A stretch of DNA of 64,000 bases from Massalongia carnosa (lineage: Eukaryota), in NCBI GenBank assembly GCA_965645245.1, contig OZ287072.1, positions 744,001-808,000 of the forward strand, written 5' to 3'. Made by a program: the position numbers and the translations under genes. The notes under the pieces are model-generated. The model was not told the origin of the DNA. It saw only the letters and a list, made by a program, of their open reading frames with translations, and did not search any database. Of this stretch, positions 35,016-46,000 are shown one piece after another; position 1 is the stretch's first letter, and each line of letters begins with the position of its first letter.

Positions 35016-35640
35016 AAAAAAAATGGTGATTACGCTGAAATTTTAGAAAATAGAGCGCCAGCCGTATATTTCTACCCCAATCCGTACCTAGCCGCCGTCT
35101 TGAAGACGACGCGTCCGCCCGTGGCTACGCTTTAGTCTGTGCTTACCTAGGCAAGCGAAATCTAGCAGAGAAGGCAATAAACGGGGTGAATGGCGTTCGG
35201 GGAAGGAATAGGGGGTTTGTAAGATGGTGGGTTTTTTTTCTTCTTTATCTTTACGTTCTAGGCTTGTATACGGTATTTGTAAATCTTGCAAGCCGGGCGG
35301 TAGTGGTGGGGTGCGGTGATGTCTTTTTCACGTTTATTTTGAACCCAGACGAAGAAAACGATCAATCAAACATGCTTTGAAAATTTCACGAGCGAGCAAG
35401 GGACGATGAACGGAAGGCTTCGAGGAGGCTTGGGAGCTATTGGAGATAGCGGTAGTAATTGGCTTGAAGAGTTGGGAATTTTGAGTAAGCCACGCCCAGA
35501 ATCTCCCTGCTCCACCCCCATCGAACCCTAACAAAACGCCCGTTTCCCTCCACCCGGCCCATTTTTCCAGAAAGCCTCTCCACTTCAGCATTCCTCCACT
35601 TCAGCATCCCTCCACTTACCTCCCTTCCCCATCGTCCTCA

Positions 35641-36708
35641 TCAGTTCTTCTTCAAAACCCAAAACGTCCCGGTTCCCGGGCGATACAAGGCCAGATAGTT
35701 TTCGCGGCCGGAGGAATCGTAATCAAAGGACAGGGCCAAATCGGCGCGGGAGCGCAAATCATATCCGCCCACGCCGCTGCCCGGATCCCCCTGCCGGAAC
35801 ACGGGCACAAATTCGCCGCTGAGGTTCTTCAGCACAAAGATGGCGCCCGTCCCGGGCCGATAGAGCACCAGGTGATCCGCACGGCCGGACGCGTCGGCGT
35901 CGAAGGCGAAAACCTGATCCGCCGAGGACCGCAAGTCGTACCCGCCGATACCTTTGCCAGGGTCGCCTTCCCGGTACACCGGCGTGAAATTCCCGCCGTC
36001 GTTTCGGAGGATCCACAGCGTGCCGGTGCCAGGCCGGTACAGTACAATGTGGTCGCGGTTGCCGCTGTGGTTGTAGTCGAAGGCGAACGCACGGTCGGCC
36101 TTGGAGCGCAGATCGTATCCCGCGATGCCATTGCCTGGGTCGCCTTCCCGGTACACGGGGGTAAAGGTGCCATTGTTGTTCTTGAGAACCCAAATCGTGC
36201 CGGTGCCGGGTCGATAAAGGACGACGTGATCCTGCTTCCCGCTGTGGTCGTAGTCGAACGCAAAGGCCAGGTCGTCCGGCGAGCGGAGATCGTACCCGCC
36301 GAGGCCTTTGCCGGGGTCGCCTTCCCGGTACACCGGCGTGAAGTTCCCGCCGTCATTTCGGAGGATCCAGAACGTCCCTGTACCCGGCCGGTACAGCGCG
36401 ATGTGGTCCAGCTTGCCGCTGTGGTTGTAATCGAAAGCAAACCCCCGGTCGGCCGGCGAGCGGAGATCATACCCGCCGATGCCTTTGCCTGGGTCGCCTT
36501 CCCGGTACACCGGTGTGAAGGTTCCGTCCGCATTCTTCTTGATGATCCATAGCGTCCCCGTCCCGGGCCGCATCAAGACTAGGTGGTCAGTTTTCCCGCT
36601 GTGGTCGTAGTCGAACATGAACGCGCGGTCGGCCGCGGAGCGCAGATCGTATCCCGCGATGCCATTGCCTGGGTCGCCCTGGCGGTAGACGGGCGTGAAG
36701 GAGGCCAT
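35641..36708 (-). CDS. Six-repeat beta-propeller (FG-GAP/calcium-blade-like, putative lectin); intronless, no signal peptide
   Basis: 355 aa made of six ~59-aa repeats FTPVYREGDPGxGIGGYDLRSxADRAFAFDYDHSGKxDHLVLYRPGTGTxWILKN. Strong GC3 codon bias. Confidence 0.9.
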   Translation of the reverse strand: MASFTPVYRQGDPGNGIAGYDLRSAADRAFMFDYDHSGKTDHLVLMRPGTGTLWIIKKNADGTFTPVYREGDPGKGIGGYDLRSPADRGFAFDYNHSGKLDHIALYRPGTGTFWILRNDGGNFTPVYREGDPGKGLGGYDLRSPDDLAFAFDYDHSGKQDHVVLYRPGTGTIWVLKNNNGTFTPVYREGDPGNGIAGYDLRSKADRAFAFDYNHSGNRDHIVLYRPGTGTLWILRNDGGNFTPVYREGDPGKGIGGYDLRSSADQVFAFDADASGRADHLVLYRPGTGAIFVLKNLSGEFVPVFRQGDPGSGVGGYDLRSRADLALSFDYDSSGRENYLALYRPGTGTFWVLKKN

Positions 36709-37090
36709 GCTGCTGTGAGAGCTAGCTGCTGCTTTTAGGAGAAGCTAAGTGTAGAGTTTCTTGATTTTGATTTCTTTTCTGATGGCCTCGTAGATAATTG
36801 AATGAACGGACATCGCTGCGGCTTTTAACGTCTCGTTTGCCAGAATTTCGCACTTCAGTACTAGATCGTTTCTGTTTTTACTATTATCATCATCATTCCA
36901 TCCATGTACGCATGCATGCACGTTCGTATTCCGGACACGTAGTCAAAGAAGATCAACCCCGTCGTCGAAATGGCTTCGATCTAGTCCATTCGTAAGATCA
37001 CGGTCTGATATTCTTCCCCCACGTGCTGATATTTTCTCAGAGCGTGATTCGGGATTATTTTCTGTAGCTTCTAAATGGTACCCCGCAGTA

Positions 37091-37188
37091 AGCAGCAGCA
37101 GCAGTAGCAGCAGTAGCAGCAGTAGCAGCAGTAGCAGCAGTAGCAGCAGTAGCAGCAGTAGCAGCAGTAGCAGCAGTAGCAGCAGTAG
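37091..37188. repeat. (AGCAGCAGT)x~10 minisatellite
   Basis: Directly visible; a shorter related tract lies at 37522-37547. Confidence 0.95.
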
Positions 37189-38479
37189 GAGAAAGCGTGG
37201 GTTAGTTCCCCGCCAGGTGGGCGTTTATGGTTATTCCTCAGCCAATCTTCAGCAAGCCATGGTTTTTAGGACCCCCCCTCTAGAATCTGCAGCTGGGTAC
37301 TTGATTCGATCTGAAGATGACAAAATCCAAGATCCTGTGTGTTGTTCGGGTTTGCTCCCCTGTAAAACTGCAGAGCGAATATGGCACCATCGTTGTTGAC
37401 CCCGCGATAGCGGTGTGAACCTTCCATATAAAGCTTTGTAGAATCAGCAACTCGATCGGTTTTTCGACTTCAGGTCGGCGGCGCACACAAGCTGCTGAGC
37501 TGAAATCGAGATTGTTGCTTTCGCAGCAGTAGCAGCAGCAGCAGCAGTTGGTGGCTTGGGTGGAAAACTAGTCGACTACAAGGCTAGAGAATCTGTTGTC
37601 GAATGGCGAAGGGCGACATGGAGTTTGGAATGGAGGCAGGTGGTAGCGGTATGTAGGATGGAGGCAGGTGTGTTTGATTGATTACGGAAATAGAGCTGGT
37701 AAAAAGCCACTCCCAACCAAGCCCTTGACCTACCACCCAATCCTCATCCTCCCTTCTCTCCTCACCCTCGTCCCCTTCCAGCATTCGGAATGTACCTCCC
37801 TCTCTAACTCAGCTTCTCGCCCCTTAGCCTAAACAGCTCGGCCTTTCTCTAACTGACCGTTCCCCAAACCTTATCTCCGGGTTCTCATTGAGCAGCCAAC
37901 CAAACAACTACATCCCTCTCGTCGTATCCTCACCCGTCTTGTCTTATTGCGTCTGCAAGAGAAGGGGGACGAGGAGGGGGAGAAAAAGAAAAAGATGAAG
38001 ATGAAGAAGGGGGCGAGAGCTGAAGAACAGGCAGACAGGATTATCTACCTGGATTTGTGCTGGCTTTTGTCTTCCAACATATTCCAAGTGTATTGTATCG
38101 CCTGGATAACGAGTGAGGCGCTTTGCCAACAGAAATACCGAAACTAGGGGGGCATGTTTTTCCGCTCGAGTGCGTTTTTGAGGGGAAAAAGCAAGCGTGG
38201 GTGGGCGGGCGGGCAGGGGGAGTGAGTCGGTGAGTTAAGTCGGAAAGAGAAATCCCTCAACGGGTCCACGAAAAGCCGCGAAGTTGCTGGCTCATTCTTT
38301 GTTTAGATCAATCTTCGCTGAAGCTAATTCGTGGTTGGGCGGAGTCGTTTTTGTGTGATCGATATTTCTCTCAATGAGCTTCCCTTTCTTTCTGAATCAA
38401 ACTTCCCCTAATCCTCTTTCTCTCGACAATACCGACGGCAACACTAAAAATCATATCCTGCCTAAGAAAGCCTTTCGAT

Positions 38480-38875
38480 TTTCCCTCTCAATGCCCCAAT
38501 ACCGTCTCCTTCATCCCTCCCCCTCAGGCCCACCCTAGGCGAAAATCATCATTAGAGCCGCCATCTTCCACCCGCCCTTCTCCCATGCCGAAGATTCTCC
38601 TCCTCAAGCGCGGTCTCCATAAGAAATACTACCTGTCTCTATTCAAGTATCCCAGTGGCCTCGTCGACGTTAACCCCCCCCGCTCTCTCGAAGGTATCCT
38701 GAGGAGAAAGTTGTGCGAGACGATCAGGTTCCACGGCCGTGGCGTCACCGCGGAGCTGGAACGCTTTACGTGTTTTCCAGAGACATGGATCTACAGTAGA
38801 GATGGGCTGGAGGCGCAGAAATCGTGCGTGAAGGTTAGCTTTGTGGTGAATTTCTTGAGCTTTTCCGGTAGTTGA
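38480..38875 (+). pseudogene. Degenerate Nudix hydrolase
   Basis: KIIIRAAIFHPP..PKILLLKRGLHKKYYLSLFKYPSGLVD..LEGILRRKLCETI..QKSCVKVSFVV resembles fungal Nudix proteins. The Nudix-box glutamates are lost, there is a stop/frameshift upstream, and the 3' end is truncated. Confidence 0.6.
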
Positions 38876-38899
38876 TAGAAAACACCATTTGTTTTGTTT

Positions 38900-40770
38900 C
38901 TTACGGACTCCATTATTCATATCTCTTCCCAACAATAACTTTTTGCCGAGAAGAACCATTCTCGATACCTTTGTCAAGATATTCGTCAACCACGAGTTCC
39001 AAATGTTCTGCTTTCAATCCTTCGTCTCTAGTCTCCCTGAGCAGTCGACCACTGCCAAGTTGATCCTTGGGGGATACCTACAGTAGTTGACTTGAACGTT
39101 GTAGGTGGTTTCGAATTGAGGGCCAAGGCGATGAGCTCGCCGATTGAGCTTGCAAATGAGTAGGAGCGGCCGGCGAAAACAATGATGCAGCTATGAATGA
39201 TGACAGTTACAGCGTGGAGAATTAAAAATACCGTGGCAGCCTTGATGGCGGCGGTATTGAAGCTCCATCCATAACCGTAGCGTTTTAGAGGAAACGAAAC
39301 CCGGGTCCACACATGATCAATATCATCAGGTTCTGGGAATGACCCTATTTGCTGTCCAGTCAGATTCGACATCTCAACTTCATACATCGTGGAGTGAGTC
39401 AGTTCCTCGAGTGTTCCATTAAGTATGGTAGGGGATTCCGCATGCAAAGAGAAATGGGCTGCGAGAACACCAGCATTTACAACAAATAACTGCGGTGGAG
39501 TTGTCAAGAGGATAGACTTTGAATTCGCTTCCTATGCGAGCGAGGCCGTCAGCAATGGCCATGGAGAGCATTTGAGTCGTAATACTAAGGTTGTCGAAAA
39601 CTTCATTGAAAGTGAGTCGTTTGCCGGCATCGATGAAATCTGTGAGCAGAGTTGACGTTGAGTTCTCACCAACTGCACTGAGTGATTCTATCCATGCTTT
39701 GCGGATGCGCATTGGCGGGTAGATGATTCTTTGCAGAGTTGGATCATCTGCAAGATCATCAGCTATCTATATCATCTTAGAGGGTATTTTGAGTTATATG
39801 TATGTGCAGAGCCGGCGTCTTCGGCCTATCAAACCTGGAGCAAATCTGCTTACCAAAACCCCATGTAAAATTAGTGATAACGGTTGGGCTTTCACCCGAC
39901 CTGACCCATATATGACTAGGATTCCAGGCTGCGCTAATACCGCATATCGTGACGTTTGCGGCGTTCTTGTTGTTCGATGGTCTTCGAAGAAATGTGGGAT
40001 CTCCAGTATTTCGAGGAATCTCCTTTCATTCAAGCATCGTGTCTGACGAGTGGATCAAAGTCGTTTCGTTCCAAAAATTTCTCAAGTCAAAGGTCTCGGC
40101 GGGTTCATTGCCGCTTTCATAAGATATAGGCTGGATGGGTGAATTCACGTTACGTTGGAACATAGTGGCAGGCTGTATTTCACAGCTGACGTCTGCAATA
40201 GGACTCATGACGCTGCCTTCGTAAGTCTTGATTGAACTAGCCTGGCTTATTGACTCATACACAGGGTCACCCAATGTAGACATGGTGCGGCTGAGGGGAA
40301 AACCTATCGAAATGTTATCAAACTTTTTGGAAGCATCCAGACTGGCTAGCAATTCTCTATATCCTGCATAAGGACAGGACGAGTTAACATCAAGTCCCGG
40401 GTTGAAACAATAAGGCCCGAGAAGACTTGACTCGTTGACTTCCTGTGGAAACAGCAGCTTTGGAATATACATCTTGAAATTCGAAGCCCATGGATTGTAT
40501 GAAACAATGTCTATAACGCTAAATAGATCTTGGAATGGCCACCAATCAAGTCGAGGTATCAAGGTAATAGCAGAGGCTGGACCTGCCGCAAGACCTAGTA
40601 ACGTACGTTGTGATGACAATCAGAAAGCTAAGACCTATCGCATGCGGCTGAACATGTCGTTTTCGTACGATTTACATGAGAGAAAAAAGCCGCGAGACAC
40701 TGGATGGCTGCCAAGCGCCACTTGATATGCCGAAGTGAAGAGGCCAAACGGGAGACCTTGCAAAATTAGT
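38900..40770 (-). pseudogene. Fragmented membrane-protein gene of a fungal uncharacterised family
   Basis: Collinear ORF fragments in different frames (GLPFGLFTSAYQV, AAGPASAITLIPRLDWW, LSMAIADGLARIG, RYGYGW, SIGELIALALNS) separated by stops and frameshifts without splice signals. Confidence 0.7.
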
Positions 40771-41088
40771 CTTTGCGAAGTATATCGATATCAGATACAA
40801 AATGTATCAAGTACAGAGTACAGAGAATACTTTTGCGGAATACTCTGTGCCCTGCCGCCAATCTGCGTAGGAAGCGTTTCAGATGCGCAGTTTAACTACA
40901 ATGCCCTCCCACTATCTTTTTGCAACAGGCAGGCTACGTTAACTAGTTTAATAAGCGAACGCGTTTTTATCTTTGTAGTTTGAGTTTATAGAATTTATTC
41001 AAGCCCTTTGAGTTGATGGGATAAACTTTTGTTTATAAAGCAAAATCAATACATCGGCAAGACATTATCGATTCTTAACAAGCTAATC

Positions 41089-41168
41089 ATCTAACCAATG
41101 ACTATCTAACCAATGACTATCTAACCAATGATTATCTAACCAATGACTATCTAACCAATGACTATCTA
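41089..41168. repeat. 15-bp tandem repeat (ATCTAACCAATGACT)x5
   Basis: Directly visible; one copy has a C>T change. Confidence 0.95.
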
Positions 41169-41476
41169 GCGGTGGGACTGCTTAGTAATTAGCGCTATGT
41201 CAATAGGGGTGAATACTGTCACCCATGGCGCGGTTGATGAATGAACATGACGGAGAGACCCCTTACTGTACAGTTTTTTCATGTTTGGGAGAACGAAGGT
41301 TAGCATGAGTAGTTAGATGTCCAAAGAAATTCTTATCCGAGGGAGGAGATTTCAAAGTATCTTACTGTGATAATTATTATTTCGAGAACTTACGACCTTA
41401 ACTTGCGTTCTATCACTTTCACCATCCGAGCGACTCCATCTACGAAGCTAAACAAAACGTTCATATCCTATTGTGC

Positions 41477-42055
41477 GGCCTGCTAGATCAGAAACATCTA
41501 CGTGACGCAGGCTATCAACACCTCCTCGTAGGTGGCCAATATCTGATCATCGCCAACGCGGAAGCCCACCTCGATGGCCGTTTGAATGATCAACGTTTTT
41601 AGTGATCATCCACCACTTCGAAGGCATACAAAGCCCATTCATTCCGAATGATCATACCCCTCAGGCGGAAGCCTTTCACCACATCGAAAAAGCTCATTCA
41701 TTCGAAATGGCCACACTTCCACACTTCCATTTATAACGACGCCATGACCTGCCCTCGATGACAGCCCGTCTTTCCTCCATTGAATCAAAATGGTTAAAAA
41801 GAGAGAACGTTCGTCGAACGTGTGAAGATACACTGTCTAGTTCATCAAGTTCTACAGGATTCCTAGCACTTGAAGATCTGGGTGTATGCATCGCTTTGTA
41901 GAAGAACGTTTTCGAAACGTTCAATATGGATTTAGGGAGTGGTTTTACCCTGAGGGTCATGTTTCCACTTCCTGACTGTTGTTTATGTACATAGCAATCA
42001 CAGCATCATATCCTTAGGATGCATATTCTTAATGAATTAATAAAAATAAAAATAA
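41477..42055. repeat. Dispersed repeat copy B (~580 bp), degenerate coding remnant
   Basis: Direct-orientation homologue of 8736-9295. Confidence 0.9.
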
Positions 42056-43034
42056 CCTATTGTGCACATAAGCTCGCTCTAGGATGAAAGTACTCGTATT
42101 AACCCCCATTTGCAACACGCTAAAATTTACTACAGCAAAACGACCCAAATAGTATTAAAGGTGTAGGAATACGACTCTTCTACCTACACGCAAAAGGGGG
42201 TGAACACGAGCGAAGTAGCGGCAGCTCACTGTGTTGAATAGAAACCATGTCATGTAACCAGAAAACCCGATTTCCTCGAAATGAGTTGTTGTTGACGACC
42301 AAATGCAAATTGTATGACTACGAGACATGAGCATAGATGCAGCATGAACCATGAAACGTTGCGGCACTTTTGGAGCAAAAATTGGTGTAAGGCCGAGGTG
42401 TCGAAGATGAAGCCCACTCTTGTACTTACGATTATTCGCCCATATCCAAATTAATGAAGCTTCATCCATTGGCTTCTTCCAAACCTGCAGCTTGTACCCC
42501 TTCTGGGTCGACGGATCTTTTTCGACTAGCCCAGCCATAACTCCAAGCATGAGCTTTTAAGTTCGGCAAGCTAGAAGGTATCATCTTCATAGTGCATCAA
42601 CCTTAAGGAAGAGAAACTTTTGCTCTAGCCAACCTTAATGCGCTAGGCCCAGGGCCTGTACTTCGTACCGAGACCATCATTCTCTGATAACTGCAATTAG
42701 ATTTGAGACCCAAGAAGCCTATATATAGCACACCTGTCTTTTGTCATGGGCGGTCCAATGAAGTACAGTGGTCATTCCACAAACTTTTTACGACTACCGG
42801 CAGTACTATAAAGCTTTCTACACTAAGAGATGAGTAGATGAAGAAAAACCGATCATAATTTAAAGCAAAATGGGTAAAGCTAGCCTGGTATCTTCTGACA
42901 AGCACATTGAATTTATTTTATACAAAAACTTTGAGGCGACCTGCATTTAACAGCAGGTTCTGGGATCAACGAATATTTGTTCGAAAAAGGCTCTGGGGAA
43001 AAAACTCAAATCGATCGAAAATGGAGACGAGGTA

Positions 43035-46000
43035 TTAAGAAAGCATAATCTCAGGTTTGCTTCCCTCGTTAATGGTTAACGGGTGTGCGAGTGATAATGG
43101 TATTGTTTCGAAATTTTCCATGCCTCTTTTGATGATCGCAAGTTCATTTCCTTTGGCAAAAACAAATTCTTTCCTCGCTGTTAGTTGAAAGAGCAGGTGT
43201 CCGAGATTTCTTTGCCATTCTGCTGGGATAAAAAAATATCGCCTTGCCTCAGGTTTTGCTACAAAGGAGTTTAAATCCAGGCTACAAACCCATAGATCAG
43301 TGTCGAGAAACAGAATGCTGTTTCCGTCCACAGCAATTACATGCTCAACGCTCGGCCCTAGCACATCAAGTCCTGGGATCGCAGTAATAGATGTAACCTC
43401 TTCTTGAAGATCCCAGGTCTGCCAGCACTCAAGCTTCGTCAAAGCATGATTTCCACTTATTTTGAATAGCGCTACAAGATAATTTATTCCTTGACATGAG
43501 ATCATTACAGCGGGGTTACTGGAAAAATATGCGCTGGATGAGTTGAGATTTATGCCCGCTGGGTCCGTCAGTTCCCTAAAATCTGCCCAGTTAAAAATTT
43601 TCGCCAGGTCAGCCTCCAGTGTAATAAAGGCTGCTGGCTGAAGGGGGTGATAAATCACTGTTCGACCCTTCGGAGCTTCAAAGTTTTTCGATCCCACCTT
43701 ATGCCCCTGAATCGTCCACAACTCGGCGAAATTCTCCCCACTGACAAGCAGGCGATCGTTACCAGGACTGAAGAGGAGCCCCCTAATGGATCCCGCGCAG
43801 TGCTGATCGACCAATGTATCGGGCGCTGACCACCCGGCTTGAACTTTCACAATCCTTCGAATTATGATCCTACTAGACTCGTCTACGCTGGCTAAGATGC
43901 TCTTGCGTTGCCCCCAAGCGATAGAAGTGACCGCAATGTTTGTAGCATGCTTGTAAAGCACACAATTTTCTCGGCCATCCTGAGTGAGGTATGCCACGAC
44001 GGATCCATCTTGTTTGCCGCAGAAAACAACATCGCCATCCGGATGACAGACCATTGCGGTGATGTCCGCCTTTATCTCCCCTTCTACTATTCCGACACTC
44101 TCCCGCGCATGTTGAAGACGATTGCTGCTCTCGCTTCGGTCACAATCTTTCCAGTTTCCGGAAAGCAATACCGTAAGCTCCCAAACTCCACATTGCGACC
44201 CATGAATGTCCATGAAGCGTAGTCCATCATTGCTGAATGTAAGAGATTTTATCCCCTCTTCGTACGCATGTATGCGATAGATCATGGTTAAGATATCGGC
44301 ACCAGCTTCGTCAAAGTGAAACAACTGTATTATTCCGAAAGCACTCCCTGTCACGAGATTTCGACCGTCAGCCGAGCATGCCAAAGTCTGCGCGTTTATG
44401 CTAGGCAGACTTTGTAGCGGTTCTACAGTCCATGAGTTAAATACAATAAGTTCCCCGTCACCATACGATACGATCAAAAGACCAACGTCGGAATTGGGGT
44501 TGAACGCCATGGCAACGATGGGATAATGAGCGCCTATGTTGTTTATGCTCGAGTCACGTTGAACGCAGTTGCCGAAGAAAACCTCGGACTCAAGATCAAA
44601 GAGAGTAATAGGACGTCCCCGGTAACCCACAGCCACAAGATCGCAATCAGGGGTAAATGAGGCGTGAGTAGGAGGCTGTCCTTGTGGTATTTTGCCTGAT
44701 GCCTTTTTACATCCGTCATGCCATTGTATCCGACTCTTTTCGCCGCCATCCGAGAGACACCAGCAAGTTACATAACCGCCTTGGGTAGCAGCCATCAAAA
44801 ATTCATTCTCGCTTGTGAAAGACATTGCAAGAGCTTGGTGTAATGTTTCGAAAGACCACAACTGCTGTCCGGTGTTCAAATCCCAAATGCGGACTGTTCG
44901 AAGACCACTGGACGCAAGAACCTCATCCTTCCCTCCAAACTTTAAAATCTTTACTTTCTCAAGGTGTTCTAAGATAGCATTTACGTGGCCCGATAAACTC
45001 TGATAAACAGTTAATCTCCCCGTGGACAATCCCACAGCAAAATAGCGATCCCCATGATCAATCGCTGTTGCTTGTGAGCCACGGTAACTAATCTGAGCAA
45101 GGCAGTCATCCCAAATCTTTGATTTCAAGCCCTTGACAACCAGACCTCGATGAGGAGATGTGTAAAGTTGTGCGATGATAGATTCCGAAGGACACATAGG
45201 CGGAATCAACCAATATATCGACGATGGCGACGTTAAGAGAGCGGTCCGGAATTTTACGCTTAGTCTGATCAGGTCTACACTCCAAGCCTGCACAGTCTGA
45301 ACTTGCTGGCCCGCCAGAGGAAAGTTTCTTATAAGGCGTGCAAGGTAGGCCTTGATCCTTAGTGCTGTGCGCGTAACAAGGTATAAATCACCAGTTTTCG
45401 CTAGATGCTCCACCCACGAAAGGACGGCGCTGCTCAAGAAAATATTGAGGGCGTCCCATAGCGCTAGCTCCAGGCATGAAGCTTTGTTCAAATGATCAGA
45501 GAAGAAGGCACAGGCATACTCAACCAGAGCGGAGTCTTTGGCTAGCCGTCGCTTATTAGTGAACTTTTGCTTCTGGTCCCGTAGGCCTTTGGAATGAGTC
45601 CCTGAGAGTGATTCGAGACACTTGATCGCTAAGCTTGCGTGTCCTTCAGCTTTTCTTACCGCAAATTCTGAATTCAGGTTTCCTTGGAGTAGGAAGTCTC
45701 GAGCAGTCTGATGAATTATTTGTACTCTCGACTGCTGGTCAACAAAGACAAGCTGACCGCAGACAGAACTGATGGACCGATCTAAGCTATGGATCATCTC
45801 GCCGATGTCTAACTTGAGCGCACATTGCATCTCGCTCAGAGTTAGCGGCCTCGATGCGCACAATGTCCACTTAAGAATTGCCCTTGCAAGCTTCATTGTC
45901 CTGCCCACTTTGGATATTTTCTCAAGCGTCCTTGTATACCACAGATTCATGTCAGCAGGTATTTCAGTTAGAACTTCCTCGATAGCCTCCTCCGACCAGG

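Noticed and set aside
35759..36552. Long overlapping alternative-frame and antisense ORFs over the propeller gene (similar ones over IDP1, the permease and OSH3)
   Set aside because: Expected shadows of GC-rich, codon-biased coding sequence.
42155..42550. 131-aa minus-strand ORF next to repeat copy B
   Set aside because: No recognisable domain or splice structure; may be part of the same relic but unsupported.
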